From a virus: a DNA stretch of 64,000 nt. The stretch's first letter is position 1, and each line of letters begins with the position of its first letter. Location: the IMG/VR virus record IMGVR_UViG_3300045988_079560; one strand, given 5' to 3'. Of this stretch, positions 17,990 through 27,711 are shown piece by piece. Both the position numbers and the translations under genes were made by a program. The notes under the pieces are model-generated. The model searched no databases and was not told the origin of the DNA. It worked only from the letters and a program-made list of their open reading frames with translations.

Positions 17990-18189
17990 TGAAAATTATT
18001 GAAGAAATTGGCGAAGCTGCAATGTTGGAACAGCTTGCAGAGGAATGTACCGAACTTGCAAAGGCAGCACTCAAAATGGCAAGGATCATACGAAAAGAGA
18101 ATCCGACACCTGTAACAGAGAAAGATGCTATTGCAAATATCAGAGAAGAGTACACGGATGTCGTACAGTGTGCCGGAGAACTTTCATAG
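17989..18189 (+). CDS. MazG-like NTP pyrophosphohydrolase-type protein, cut short by an in-frame TAG
   Basis: 66 aa (EEIGEA...LAEECTEL...EEYTDVV). The same frame continues for 22 codons to a TGA that overlaps the next ATG (18255). Confidence 0.5.
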   Translation: MKIIEEIGEAAMLEQLAEECTELAKAALKMARIIRKENPTPVTEKDAIANIREEYTDVVQCAGELS

Positions 18190-18254
18190 ACAGTAGATGA
18201 GGAACAGATGGCACGCAAACACGAACGGTGGGAAAAGAGAGTGAGGGATAGAAC

Positions 18255-18551
18255 ATGATACCATTCAGGCATTGCATAAGGGAACCGCACGGATCGGCAG
18301 TGAAATTTGAGATACTGGCAGCAGCACCGAATGAGTTTCAGGTACGTTACCCAGATTATGATTACATTAAAATGGGAGTCGGACCATCAGTGATGTATAA
18401 CAGAGAACAATTACTGTGTTTCCTACTGACATATGACAAGGCAGAGTGCCTTGAATTTATGGAAAAACTGTATCATCACATGGGATGGCCTACTGAAAAG
18501 TTGCATGAGAATCCGGCGTTTGCCGAAGTGATAAAGGAGAAAGAGACATGA
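18255..18551 (+). CDS. hypothetical protein
   Basis: 98-aa ORF. Confidence 0.45.
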   Translation: MIPFRHCIREPHGSAVKFEILAAAPNEFQVRYPDYDYIKMGVGPSVMYNREQLLCFLLTYDKAECLEFMEKLYHHMGWPTEKLHENPAFAEVIKEKET

Positions 18552-18736
18552 TAGCACGTTTCTTACAGGATATTGTCGTAAACGACATTGAGAAGAATAT
18601 GGAAATGACCATTGACAAGGGGGAAGAACTCTTTGCCATCGACAGAGGAACCCATTATGAACTGAGAAAGGCTGACGGATGGGGAACTATGGCTCCGAAA
18701 GAGTGTGAGGGCGAATATTATGAGATCATCAAATGA
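18548..18736 (+). CDS. hypothetical protein
   Basis: 62-aa ORF; ATGA overlap. Confidence 0.4.
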   Translation: MIARFLQDIVVNDIEKNMEMTIDKGEELFAIDRGTHYELRKADGWGTMAPKECEGEYYEIIK

Positions 18737-18754
18737 TTTTTACAAGGAGAAACC

Positions 18755-18952
18755 ATGAAAACAGAACGATATGTATGCGACCGATGCGGTGCAGAAATAG
18801 ATGGGAAGAACGGAAGTATGCTTCACAAGAAGTGGCTGAATATACATGGTCTCCATGCCAAGGACGGATTTCTGGACGGAGTAACAAATATAGATTTATG
18901 CCCTAAATGTAGGAAAAGTTTTGAGAGATGGATGAGAAATGGAGGGGATTGA
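18755..18952 (+). CDS. zinc-ribbon protein
   Basis: 65 aa; CDRCG...CPKC. Confidence 0.45.
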   Translation: MKTERYVCDRCGAEIDGKNGSMLHKKWLNIHGLHAKDGFLDGVTNIDLCPKCRKSFERWMRNGGD

Positions 18953-18955
18953 ACC

Positions 18956-19279
18956 ATGCATGAGACCAAACCACAGCTCTTTATCATGGATGAATGGCTC
19001 GGAGATCCCATACCGCTTGCGGAAATTAAGGAAATATCTGAACCTACACTGGATGAAGAGTATGATATGCCGGATATTTCTCATCTGAAAGAGGGATTTG
19101 AAATACCTTTTGAAGTGAAAATGAAGAAATCTGCCATAAACAAACTGTTTCAACCGTGTTTTGGCAGAGAACCTTACAGGAATCTCGAAAAATGTGCCAA
19201 GTGCATACTGAAAAAGGACTGTGTTGTGGCGAAAATCGAGAACAATTTCAACATGAGATTAAGGGCATACAACCCTTGA
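18956..19279 (+). CDS. hypothetical protein
   Basis: 107-aa ORF. Confidence 0.45.
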   Translation: MHETKPQLFIMDEWLGDPIPLAEIKEISEPTLDEEYDMPDISHLKEGFEIPFEVKMKKSAINKLFQPCFGREPYRNLEKCAKCILKKDCVVAKIENNFNMRLRAYNP

Positions 19280-19303
19280 TAATAAATCACAAGGAGGACA
19301 CCA

Positions 19304-20227
19304 ATGGAAGAGAAAGAAAAGAAACCGTGGAGACCGCCAGAAGCGGCGCATTTACCAGATCCGATAGCGTTTGCCATGCAGGGTTTTGAACGCTTTGGAT
19401 TACCGAAAGAACGGCTGATACCACCATTACAAACATTTGACAGAGTGATGCAACACTCGGCATTTACCGAAAACCGATGGTGGGAAAATGCAAGACAGGT
19501 AACGGCAACATCATCGGCAGAACAGTGGCGGAGAGTGAGCATCGAAAGAGCACGCTGTCTCGGAGAACCATGGCCGGATTTTGATGATATACCGGTTGCG
19601 AGTATCACAGAGGATTTTTCACAGAAATGTCAAAATGCCACAATCGGATTGTTAAGAGATCAGGTTATAGCGTCATGCGCTATTCCGGGAGAAACATCGT
19701 TTAGAGACATTTTTAACCAGTTAGGTATTAAGGAGGACAATATGGATAGAAGTTTAGCGGACAAGAAATTTAAGAGAGTAACTATTGAGTGCGAGGACGG
19801 CACGACTTACGCTGGAAAGATCAATCATGTATGCGGCAGCCCGTATCGTTGTGACAAACTGTGTGTAGAAGCAATGGTTGAGGACAAGCCTATTGGAGCA
19901 TACGGTATCGAGAAAGTCCTGTTCCAGAATCCGGCAACAATCGTATTTTGGTCTGACGGCACAAAGACGGTTGTAAACTGCATGGATAATGTGGAAATCA
20001 AGAAAAAGGTTGTTGATGGCAAGGAAGTAACCATTCGTAAGCCTAAAAAGGCTGATACCTATTCTGAGGAAGCCGGTCTGGCTATGGCTATCGTGAAGAA
20101 ATGGACCGGCAACAACGGAAATTACAACAATATCTTCCGTGAGTTCATTCCTGAGATGGCGCAGGCTGAAAAAGAGGCAAAGAAAGCTGCCAAGAAAGCT
20201 AAAAAGGCGCAGAAATCGGAGGAATAA
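19304..20227 (+). CDS. hypothetical protein with Lys/Ala-rich tail
   Basis: 307-aa ORF; RBS aaggagg. Confidence 0.55.
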   Translation: MEEKEKKPWRPPEAAHLPDPIAFAMQGFERFGLPKERLIPPLQTFDRVMQHSAFTENRWWENARQVTATSSAEQWRRVSIERARCLGEPWPDFDDIPVASITEDFSQKCQNATIGLLRDQVIASCAIPGETSFRDIFNQLGIKEDNMDRSLADKKFKRVTIECEDGTTYAGKINHVCGSPYRCDKLCVEAMVEDKPIGAYGIEKVLFQNPATIVFWSDGTKTVVNCMDNVEIKKKVVDGKEVTIRKPKKADTYSEEAGLAMAIVKKWTGNNGNYNNIFREFIPEMAQAEKEAKKAAKKAKKAQKSEE

Positions 20228-20230
20228 CCA

Positions 20231-20476
20231 ATGACGCTGAGGGAATTTGCCAAGGGGTATGATGGCAACATTATGCTGAAAGCCTTTGAGAATGAGAAAT
20301 CAACGGCTCCGACAGCAATTATGATGACTCAGATTACGGATTCTATCAAGGATGAGGTTCTTGACAAAGAAGTATACAGCTACACAATGGTTTGCGCTTC
20401 ACTGTTTGAACGGTATCTGAGAGTGAATTTTGAAGCTGTGCCGGAGATCCCAAACGAAACGGAGGAAACCACATGA
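20231..20476 (+). CDS. hypothetical protein
   Basis: 81-aa ORF. Confidence 0.45.
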   Translation: MTLREFAKGYDGNIMLKAFENEKSTAPTAIMMTQITDSIKDEVLDKEVYSYTMVCASLFERYLRVNFEAVPEIPNETEETT

Positions 20477-21093
20477 GAACCTATTTTTTTGACACAGAGT
20501 TTACTGGTCTGCGTAAGGACACAACTCTTATCAGCATAGGAATTGTCTCAGACACAGGAGATAGGTTCTATGCAGAGTTGACGGACTATGATGAGGGTAT
20601 GTGTGATGAATGGATTGAGAAGAATGTTCTCGATCATTTGGTTTTGAGTGGCAATGCGGAGTTAGAAGAAAGTCTGGCAGCCGACAATAAAACAACGACT
20701 GTAATCGGCAGTAAGGCAGATGTTTGTTGCGAACTTATGGAATGGCTTGAAATGGACGCTAATTTTGACAGTGATTATGCTGCGGTATTCGTTTCAGATG
20801 TCTCACATTACGATATGGTGTTACTGATTGACTTATTGGTAGGAAACGCTATGAAGTTGCCTGAGTTTATTACACCGGCTTGTCACGACATCAATCAGGA
20901 CATTGCAACGATGCTTGATATTTCAGAAAAGGAAGCTTTCGACATTTCGAGAGAGCAGTTACTTACGGACAGAGGAATTGCTTTGCCGAAAGGTCAGAAA
21001 CACAATGCACTCTACGATGCGGAGGTTATCAAGGCAATCTATGAGGACTTTTTCTCCGTGGGGGGGGTAAAACAGGGAGGTAAGAATGGATAA
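20473..21093 (+). CDS. DEDDh (DnaQ-like) 3'-5' exonuclease
   Basis: 206 aa; FFDTEFTGL (Exo I) and HNALYDAEV (Exo III, H-x4-D). Confidence 0.7.
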   Translation: MRTYFFDTEFTGLRKDTTLISIGIVSDTGDRFYAELTDYDEGMCDEWIEKNVLDHLVLSGNAELEESLAADNKTTTVIGSKADVCCELMEWLEMDANFDSDYAAVFVSDVSHYDMVLLIDLLVGNAMKLPEFITPACHDINQDIATMLDISEKEAFDISREQLLTDRGIALPKGQKHNALYDAEVIKAIYEDFFSVGGVKQGGKNG

Positions 21094-21703
21094 GGGACAA
21101 ATCTTAATGGATTACCGCTTGGCGAAGAACCATAAGAGACAGATACCCATTCTTGCAGACTTGAATGTGTGCGACACACAGACAATAGTAGAAATTCTGG
21201 AAGAGGGCGGCTACAAGCGTATGTTCAATACGAATGGTGTGGATATTTCCGTGAAGAAAACAGAGATTGAGCAAAAGTATTCTTCCGGGGAATCCATAGC
21301 CACCCTTGCAATGGCATATCACATTTCAAAGAAACAGATTAAGGTACTTCTCGGAGTAGAAGAGACGGAGGAAAAGGGAATCATGTCTGAGCAGGAAATG
21401 ATAAAGAAACTCGGAGAACTTACGAGCGAGGTTGAAAAACTGAAAGCAAACAAGAAATCTCTGGAAGAAAGAAATGCGAAAGTAGAAAAAGAGAATGATA
21501 ATCTGAGGAAGCAGATTGAACAGCTTGAAAGTTTCAATGCAGAGCTGGATGCCACAGTCAAGGAACAGACTGAAATGCTGAATGGTGGAAAATTATATGA
21601 GGATTATCAGGAAGTTTGCATTAAGAACAGCAAGCTCAACGCAACGGTTGATGTTCTGGTAGAGAAAATCAGTATGTTAAAGGCGGTGGGCTGTCATGGA
21701 TAA
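21086..21703 (+). CDS. coiled-coil protein
   Basis: 205 aa; heptad-rich E/K/L central region. Confidence 0.45.
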   Translation: MDKGQILMDYRLAKNHKRQIPILADLNVCDTQTIVEILEEGGYKRMFNTNGVDISVKKTEIEQKYSSGESIATLAMAYHISKKQIKVLLGVEETEEKGIMSEQEMIKKLGELTSEVEKLKANKKSLEERNAKVEKENDNLRKQIEQLESFNAELDATVKEQTEMLNGGKLYEDYQEVCIKNSKLNATVDVLVEKISMLKAVGCHG

Positions 21704-21914
21704 TGGAATGGAACTCAGAGTGAAAGATTATTGTGCTTTCTGCCCTGATTTTGAAGCTGACGTTGATAAGGTTGATATTACTGTATTGGCTGATCGTACC
21801 CAAAGGGCATTAACCACAATCAGATGTGAACACGCCGAAAAGTGCGAAAGAATATATGGGAGAATACAGGAGGGCAGAACCAATGAAACAACGGTGGTAC
21901 AAAGTAGTGTTTGA
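21696..21914 (+). CDS. hypothetical protein
   Basis: 72-aa ORF. Confidence 0.4.
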   Translation: MDNGMELRVKDYCAFCPDFEADVDKVDITVLADRTQRALTTIRCEHAEKCERIYGRIQEGRTNETTVVQSSV

Positions 21915-22056
21915 AACCATTGAGAGAAAACCAATCCGCAGAACTGTTACCGTATGCAGTACGGACAGTGTTCATGCGTCTGCTCTGGTATATCAGCAGT
22001 TCGGCAGGAAGAAAATCAAGGTAAAATCTGCCAAGAAAGTAAAGGAGAACACATGA
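21883..22056 (+). CDS. hypothetical small protein
   Basis: 57 aa from ATG 21883 behind ggaggg. Confidence 0.35.
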   Translation: MKQRWYKVVFETIERKPIRRTVTVCSTDSVHASALVYQQFGRKKIKVKSAKKVKENT

Positions 22057-22343
22057 GGTACAGAAAAAAGCCTGTCGTGATTGAGGCGATTCAATGGACT
22101 GGAGAAAACCAGAGGGAAATGTTTGACTTTCTTACCAATGGCGAGAAGAAAGACGAATACATGGAGGCGTTTGGAGAACATTTCCGCATAGACCACGCCG
22201 CCGTGAAAGGCGGATTGGTAATCAAAACTTTAGAGGGAAATCATTTGGCTAACATTGGAGATTACATCATTAAAGGTGTTGCCGGAGAATTTTACCCTTG
22301 CAAACCGGATATTTTTGAAAAGACTTATGAGGTGGCAGAGTAA
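22053..22343 (+). CDS. hypothetical protein
   Basis: 96 aa from ATG 22053 behind aaaggag. Confidence 0.45.
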   Translation: MRYRKKPVVIEAIQWTGENQREMFDFLTNGEKKDEYMEAFGEHFRIDHAAVKGGLVIKTLEGNHLANIGDYIIKGVAGEFYPCKPDIFEKTYEVAE

Positions 22344-22768
22344 TGGGAAAACCGATTGATATTTTTGAAAATCAGGAGCAGTTGGAAGAGTGCCTGAGAG
22401 AGTGGCAGCATAGGTTATTCCTTGATGGGTGGCTAATACTGGCGCACGTTGAGGATAAAATTATGAATCCTGACGGAGAAGAGGTAATTGATGCCGCCGG
22501 ATATAACACATTCGTATTTGAATCCAGTCAGGCAAACATCCAGTTACTCAGCGATGAATCTTACAAAGAGAACAATACGCTGTTCAAACATTGCATGGAA
22601 AAGGATCTTGTGCATGAACTTTTACATTGCAAGTATGATTGGATGGGAAATCAGGGCGGAACCTATGAGGGTGTGTATCTGGATGCAACCGAACACCAGA
22701 AGTTAGAGGAAATGGCAAAGAGTCTTATCATGGCGAAGTATGGTGTCGGTTATGATTACTTCATGTGA
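22343..22768 (+). CDS. hypothetical protein
   Basis: 141-aa ORF. Confidence 0.45.
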   Translation: MGKPIDIFENQEQLEECLREWQHRLFLDGWLILAHVEDKIMNPDGEEVIDAAGYNTFVFESSQANIQLLSDESYKENNTLFKHCMEKDLVHELLHCKYDWMGNQGGTYEGVYLDATEHQKLEEMAKSLIMAKYGVGYDYFM

Positions 22769-22776
22769 GGTGCAAT

Positions 22777-22983
22777 ATGACAACAGTGGTGGTCTATAAG
22801 ACCGATACAAAAGAAGTTCTGGCAGCTATTCCGATGGACGGCGGAGATGCCGTCTGCCGGAATGATGTGGAATTTCAGATTTACAACGGAACAGAGCCAA
22901 TATTCACGGAAACTCCCGGAGGAATCGTATTGGCAGAAAACAAATTTATGATAAAGATGGAGGGCAACAACAATGAAAAATAA
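22777..22983 (+). CDS. hypothetical protein
   Basis: 68 aa from ATG 22777. Confidence 0.4.
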   Translation: MTTVVVYKTDTKEVLAAIPMDGGDAVCRNDVEFQIYNGTEPIFTETPGGIVLAENKFMIKMEGNNNEK

Positions 22984-23524
22984 AGGAACAGGGATTATTG
23001 TCGGCATCGTAGCCGCATTTGTATTACTGATAGCAGGAATTTTTGTAAGTACCAACAACAGAGCGGTTTCGTTGGAGGAACAGGTCTTTACGGCTGACTC
23101 TGATATTCAGGCACAGGAGAAACGCAGAACGGATCTTATCTACAATCTGGCAGATTGCGTCAAGGAGTACGATAAGCATGAGGCAGAGACTCTTCTTAAT
23201 GTCGTGGAAGCAAGAGGAAACAATGGCAGCACCACAGATATTGAGAATGTGACAACTTCCATAGCTGCGGTTGCCGAAGCATACCCGGAATTAAAATCCA
23301 ATGAGAATTACAAGGAACTGATGAATGAGCTTTCAACCACAGAGAATATGATCCTGCAGTACCGCACTGCCTACAATAACGAGGTAAGAGCATATAAGAA
23401 ATATGTGCGTAAATTCCCTTATAAGCAGATCTTGGGAATTATGGGATATGAGGTTATCAATTACAACTACCTGGAATACAGCGAAGAGGACAGACAGCCG
23501 GTAAGCAATCTGTTTGGAGAATAA
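22973..23524 (+). CDS. lemA: LemA-family membrane protein
   Basis: 183 aa; N-terminal TM helix followed by a LemA-type helical domain (AYPELKSNENY...). Confidence 0.75.
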   Translation: MKNKGTGIIVGIVAAFVLLIAGIFVSTNNRAVSLEEQVFTADSDIQAQEKRRTDLIYNLADCVKEYDKHEAETLLNVVEARGNNGSTTDIENVTTSIAAVAEAYPELKSNENYKELMNELSTTENMILQYRTAYNNEVRAYKKYVRKFPYKQILGIMGYEVINYNYLEYSEEDRQPVSNLFGE

Positions 23525-23528
23525 GCCT

Positions 23529-24308
23529 ATGAGGAAAGGGAGTAAGATAATCTACTCCGGCAACGGTTGGGATATGACGGTGCGTGAACTGATGTTTAGC
23601 ATCGTCATTATCCTTATCATGCTTATGGGTGGATTTTTCATTAGTGAAAAGATAGCTTCACACAATGACGAACAGAATCAGGAATACTATCAAGCCATGC
23701 AGATTGATGGAAATGCAGAACTGTTTCAGTATGGTATGCGAACTGATGTGGGAAATGCGTTTGTGAAAGGAAATCTGGTGGCAGTAGACCCTGTTACAGA
23801 TCTGGGCATAGGTGGAGTACCAACTGCCTACATAAAGGTTGAGGAACAACACTACAACCGACATACGAGACAGGTGGCACATACACGGACGGTAAATGGG
23901 AAAACGCAGACTTATTACACCACGGAGGTATATTATTCGTGGGATTACTACGATAGTTGGGAAAGCCATAGTCAAACGGTGTCATTCCTTGGTGTGGAGT
24001 TTCCGTATGGGAAAATCCAGATGCCGGGGTCTTACCTGTATGACACGATTAAGCAATCGTCCCATGTGAGGTATTTGTACTATGTTATCAACACGGAATA
24101 CAGCGGAGTTATCTATGCCAATCTCAAAGATAATACCATAGAGGACGGAACACCGTTCATTCAGGCAGATACGATAGATGAAGCGGTGGACTATATGGTT
24201 TCAAGCGGAACTGCCGGGTTGGTAATTTTCTGGGTTGTATGGGTAATTTTGATTGGAGCAGCCGTGTTTGGATTCTGCTATTTTGATAATAAGTGGTTGG
24301 AGGATTAG
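23529..24308 (+). CDS. two-TM membrane protein partnered with LemA
   Basis: 259 aa from ATG 23529; TM helices at both ends. Confidence 0.5.
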   Translation: MRKGSKIIYSGNGWDMTVRELMFSIVIILIMLMGGFFISEKIASHNDEQNQEYYQAMQIDGNAELFQYGMRTDVGNAFVKGNLVAVDPVTDLGIGGVPTAYIKVEEQHYNRHTRQVAHTRTVNGKTQTYYTTEVYYSWDYYDSWESHSQTVSFLGVEFPYGKIQMPGSYLYDTIKQSSHVRYLYYVINTEYSGVIYANLKDNTIEDGTPFIQADTIDEAVDYMVSSGTAGLVIFWVVWVILIGAAVFGFCYFDNKWLED

Positions 24309-24310
24309 AG

Positions 24311-24628
24311 ATGTATATTGTAGACCAGGATCGTAGCAACGTAGTGAACATCGGCAATATCAAAAGCATTGCGCTCAACGGAAAAAGAATTACTGCCGAT
24401 GATTACACACTTGCAGCTTACGACACAGAACAGAGAGGGAAAGAAGTATTTGAACAGTTACTCGGAAACGCTTTTCCTCCTGATATGATAGTGGCTAAGA
24501 ATTGCAACATATCTGAGGATGCCGTAAAGGACCTGGCAATGGATCATAGCATTATTATGGTTCGTGGCAACGGACAGGCGGATGTTACAGCGTATAGCTG
24601 CGGAGTTTATTATATGCCGGAGGAATAA
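24311..24628 (+). CDS. hypothetical protein
   Basis: 105 aa from ATG 24311 behind ggagg. Confidence 0.45.
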   Translation: MYIVDQDRSNVVNIGNIKSIALNGKRITADDYTLAAYDTEQRGKEVFEQLLGNAFPPDMIVAKNCNISEDAVKDLAMDHSIIMVRGNGQADVTAYSCGVYYMPEE

Positions 24629-24632
24629 AAGA

Positions 24633-24923
24633 ATGTTAGATATTATTTTGGCAATCATTTGGATTGCGATATTGGTGCTTTACATTGTTGTTGGCTGGAA
24701 AGATGCAAAGTCCAACAACGAAGTGAAGAAAGAAATTACACAGATGAATGAGCTGCTGTTGGAACAGAACTCTCAGCTCAAAGAACAGAATAAGCATCTC
24801 AATATGGTTATTCTGAGTGTTTGCAGTAAGAGTGTACGAGACAGAAAAGACCAGGAGGGAAAACGTGAAAAAGCAACGGAAAGAGACACGCCTGAAAAGG
24901 AAACGCCTGAAAGCGGCGTATAA
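24633..24923 (+). CDS. small membrane/coiled-coil protein
   Basis: 96 aa from ATG 24633 behind ggagg; N-terminal TM helix. Confidence 0.45.
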   Translation: MLDIILAIIWIAILVLYIVVGWKDAKSNNEVKKEITQMNELLLEQNSQLKEQNKHLNMVILSVCSKSVRDRKDQEGKREKATERDTPEKETPESGV

Positions 24924-25185
24924 CACAATCTTAGAAGAAAACCGCCGATTAAAAGGTTGGCAATCGGTGTATGGCAGAAAAGAGATTAGAACATATGGAG
25001 AACGCAAAACACTCACAATATTTGAAGCAGGAAGTGACAATATGGGAGAAATCATAAAAGACAGAATGGCAGTAAAAATTGGTAGAGCACTTAAAGAAAA
25101 TGGTGCAATTCAGTTTGAAACATACGATGATCCTATGAAATGTGGAATTATTGTGGATGCGAAAGTTAAAATCGTTATGCCGTAG
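24865..25185 (+). CDS. hypothetical basic protein
   Basis: About 106 aa if GTG 24865 (after ggaggga) is the start; start uncertain. Confidence 0.3.
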   Translation: MKKQRKETRLKRKRLKAAYNTILEENRRLKGWQSVYGRKEIRTYGERKTLTIFEAGSDNMGEIIKDRMAVKIGRALKENGAIQFETYDDPMKCGIIVDAKVKIVMP

Positions 25186-25230
25186 GTATATTACAGAGCC
25201 GTGTAGAGCCGTGAGAAAGGATGAATTTTC

Positions 25231-26883
25231 ATGGCTCAACACGAACTATCGAATAAAGAGATTATCGTAAGGCTTCTGAAAAGCGATCTGAGTGACTATG
25301 ACAATCTTCTGTCCTTACTCGGAATGGCAAATGAGGTTATCCAGGAAGATAAAGAACTTTCACGGAAATTAGCGAATAAGGTCAGATTCCTTGCACTGAG
25401 ACTATGTGCGACAGAAGATATTAAATATTACGATTTGTACAATAAGGCTCTTTTGTTCTTGGCACAGGAACATAAGGATTTTGACTCTTATCTGCTCTAT
25501 GTGGAAAAGAACAGAGATCCAGAGGACAGATACTATCAGCCACGAAGAAATAAGATTTATTGGCTTGTACAGAAGATGCAGAGGCTTATTGATGATGAGT
25601 TGGATATTCTATCAATATCAATGCCTCCTGGCACCGGCAAGACCACACTGGGAGAGTTTTTCATATCGTTTGTAATGGGGCATTACCCAAACACACCAAA
25701 CCTTATGTCCTCCCATTCTGGATTCATGACGAGAATGTTCTATGATGCCGTTCTCAACATAATTACCAGTAATGAATATTGTTGGAGCGATGTGTTCCCG
25801 GATATTGTATTTGAGGGAAACAACGCAAAAGAAGAGACAATAAACCTTGGAAGATGGCAGCCGTTTAAGACACTGACCTGCAGACCAATCAGAGGTTCCC
25901 TTACCGGTGTTACCCGTTGTGAGGGATTTCTGTATGTGGATGATTTGGTTTCCGGTATCGAAGAGGCTCTGTCTATTGATCGTCTGGATAAGTTGTACGG
26001 AGAGTACACCACAGACCTTAAATCTCGTAAAAAGAAGAAAGCAAAAGAGATCCACATTGCAACCCGATGGAGTGTGCATGATGTTATTGGCCGGCTTGAA
26101 AGAATGTATGAGGGCAATCCGAGGGCAGAGTTCATTGCTGTTCCAGATATTGATCCTCAGACCGGAAAAAGCAACTTTGATTACGATTACGATGTTGGAT
26201 TTGATGAGAAATACTTCCACGATATGGAAATGTCGATGGATGATGTATCATATCGCTGCCTGTACAAGAGCGATCCGATTGAGAGAGAGGGTATTCTGTA
26301 TCATCCAACAGAATTACAGAGATATATCGGAGGACTGCCGGACAGAGAACCGGATTCTATATTGGCAATCTGCGATACCAAAGACACCGGTACAGACTAC
26401 AACTTCCTCGGAGTTTTCTATCAGTACGGAGACAGATACTATCTGGAAGATCTGGTATTCAAGAACATCGACCCTGGAACCTTGGACGAACTCAACTCAG
26501 ATATGCTTGTTAAGCATCATGTACAGCAAGCACAGTTCGAGAGTAACAAAGAGGGTAGCAGAACCGCAAATGAAGTTGAGAGACTTGTCAAAGCCAAAGG
26601 CGGCAGATGCCATATTACGAAGAAATACACTACTCAGAACAAAGAGACCAAGATCATCGTCAATTCCTCATGGGTTAAGGAACACGTCATATTCAAGGAT
26701 ATTACAGAATATGAGCCTAAGAGTGATTACGGTGTGATGATGTCATTCCTTTGCAGCTATACACAGCTCGGAAAGAATAAACATGATGATGCGCCGGACA
26801 CTCTGGCAATGTTCGCCCAGTTTGTAGATGCTCTTCTTGGCGGAGAGGGACAGGTAGTAAAGAGAAGTGACTTAGGAATATAG
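25231..26883 (+). CDS. terL: terminase large subunit
   Basis: 550 aa; Walker A PPGTGKTT; acidic nuclease half; sits upstream of the portal module. Confidence 0.85.
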   Translation: MAQHELSNKEIIVRLLKSDLSDYDNLLSLLGMANEVIQEDKELSRKLANKVRFLALRLCATEDIKYYDLYNKALLFLAQEHKDFDSYLLYVEKNRDPEDRYYQPRRNKIYWLVQKMQRLIDDELDILSISMPPGTGKTTLGEFFISFVMGHYPNTPNLMSSHSGFMTRMFYDAVLNIITSNEYCWSDVFPDIVFEGNNAKEETINLGRWQPFKTLTCRPIRGSLTGVTRCEGFLYVDDLVSGIEEALSIDRLDKLYGEYTTDLKSRKKKKAKEIHIATRWSVHDVIGRLERMYEGNPRAEFIAVPDIDPQTGKSNFDYDYDVGFDEKYFHDMEMSMDDVSYRCLYKSDPIEREGILYHPTELQRYIGGLPDREPDSILAICDTKDTGTDYNFLGVFYQYGDRYYLEDLVFKNIDPGTLDELNSDMLVKHHVQQAQFESNKEGSRTANEVERLVKAKGGRCHITKKYTTQNKETKIIVNSSWVKEHVIFKDITEYEPKSDYGVMMSFLCSYTQLGKNKHDDAPDTLAMFAQFVDALLGGEGQVVKRSDLGI

Positions 26884-26894
26884 AAAGGGATAGC

Positions 26895-27149
26895 ATGGGA
26901 CAATATAGTTTCGCCACCAACTTGAAAAAAGAAAGAACGAATAGGGGAATTACACAACACGAACTTGCAACGGGCGTTCATGTGGCACAGAATACCGTGA
27001 GTGATTGGGAACAATGCAAAAGTTATCCGTCAATCGACAAGATATACGATATAGCAAATTTTCTCAAAATCCCTGTAAGCAAGTTGATTTCTGACGTTCA
27101 GAAAAACGGTTGTAAAGCCGACTGCACACAGAAAAACAATTTTTTTTGA
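26895..27149 (+). CDS. XRE-family helix-turn-helix protein
   Basis: 84 aa; RGITQHELATGVHVAQNTVSDWE HTH. Confidence 0.7.
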   Translation: MGQYSFATNLKKERTNRGITQHELATGVHVAQNTVSDWEQCKSYPSIDKIYDIANFLKIPVSKLISDVQKNGCKADCTQKNNFF

Positions 27150-27167
27150 AAATTTTGTTTATTCCAC

Positions 27168-27196
27168 TTGACAAAGAATGTTTAGTGCGCTATACT
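27168..27196 (+). promoter_or_regulatory. consensus-like sigma-70 promoter heading the RNA island
   Basis: ttgaca, 17 nt, tatact; 19 nt after the XRE stop and about 105 nt before the first tRNA. Confidence 0.6.
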
Positions 27197-27273
27197 ACGA
27201 CCATACCAAGTGACACGGACATAAGTTCAACGGACTAAACACACAAGGTATGGCATTAAAGTTTCTCCTAACC

Positions 27274-27300
27274 ATTACGGCACAGTAACAGTGCCGTAAT
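27274..27300 (+). other. perfect 10-bp hairpin abutting the 5' end of tRNA-Phe
   Basis: attacggcac/agtaaca/gtgccgtaat; ends 2 nt before the tRNA. Confidence 0.7.
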
Positions 27301-27302
27301 AT

Positions 27303-27375
27303 GGGAAGTAAGCTAACTCGGTAGAAGCGATGGACTGAAAATCCATAGGAGTTGGTTCGACACCAACACTTCCCA
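27303..27375 (+). tRNA. tRNA-Phe (GAA)
   Basis: Acceptor gggaagt/acttccc; anticodon arm atgga-ctgaaaa-tccat; T arm gttgg-ttcgaca-ccaac. Confidence 0.85.
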
Positions 27376-27475
27376 CTCAGGATTACTGTTCCCCGACAGC
27401 AATCCTACATCGGAGGGTTCCCACTTACAATGATCCTCCGAGACCTCACATGGAATCTCCCCAAGTGTGAGGTAT

Positions 27476-27549
27476 GGACCATTAGCTCAGTTGGTTAGAG
27501 CGTCCGGCTCATAACCGGATGGTCTGGGGTTCAAGTCCCTGATGGTCCA
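27476..27549 (+). tRNA. tRNA-Met or Ile2 (CAT)
   Basis: Acceptor ggaccat/atggtcc; D arm gctcagttggttagagc; tccgg-ctcataa-ccgga; T loop ttcaagt. Confidence 0.9.
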
Positions 27550-27711
27550 CGCATGGCGATCTGGCATTTCCCGGGTAAATGGAAGCTACACCAAGATAGA
27601 CCAGACGAAGTAAGGTGGTTGAGTGCGCCGATGCAGAACAGAAACGGAATGTCCAGCGCATGACCGTGACGGCTACCAGAGGTAGTAATACAAACGGAAA
27701 AGGAGAACGGA

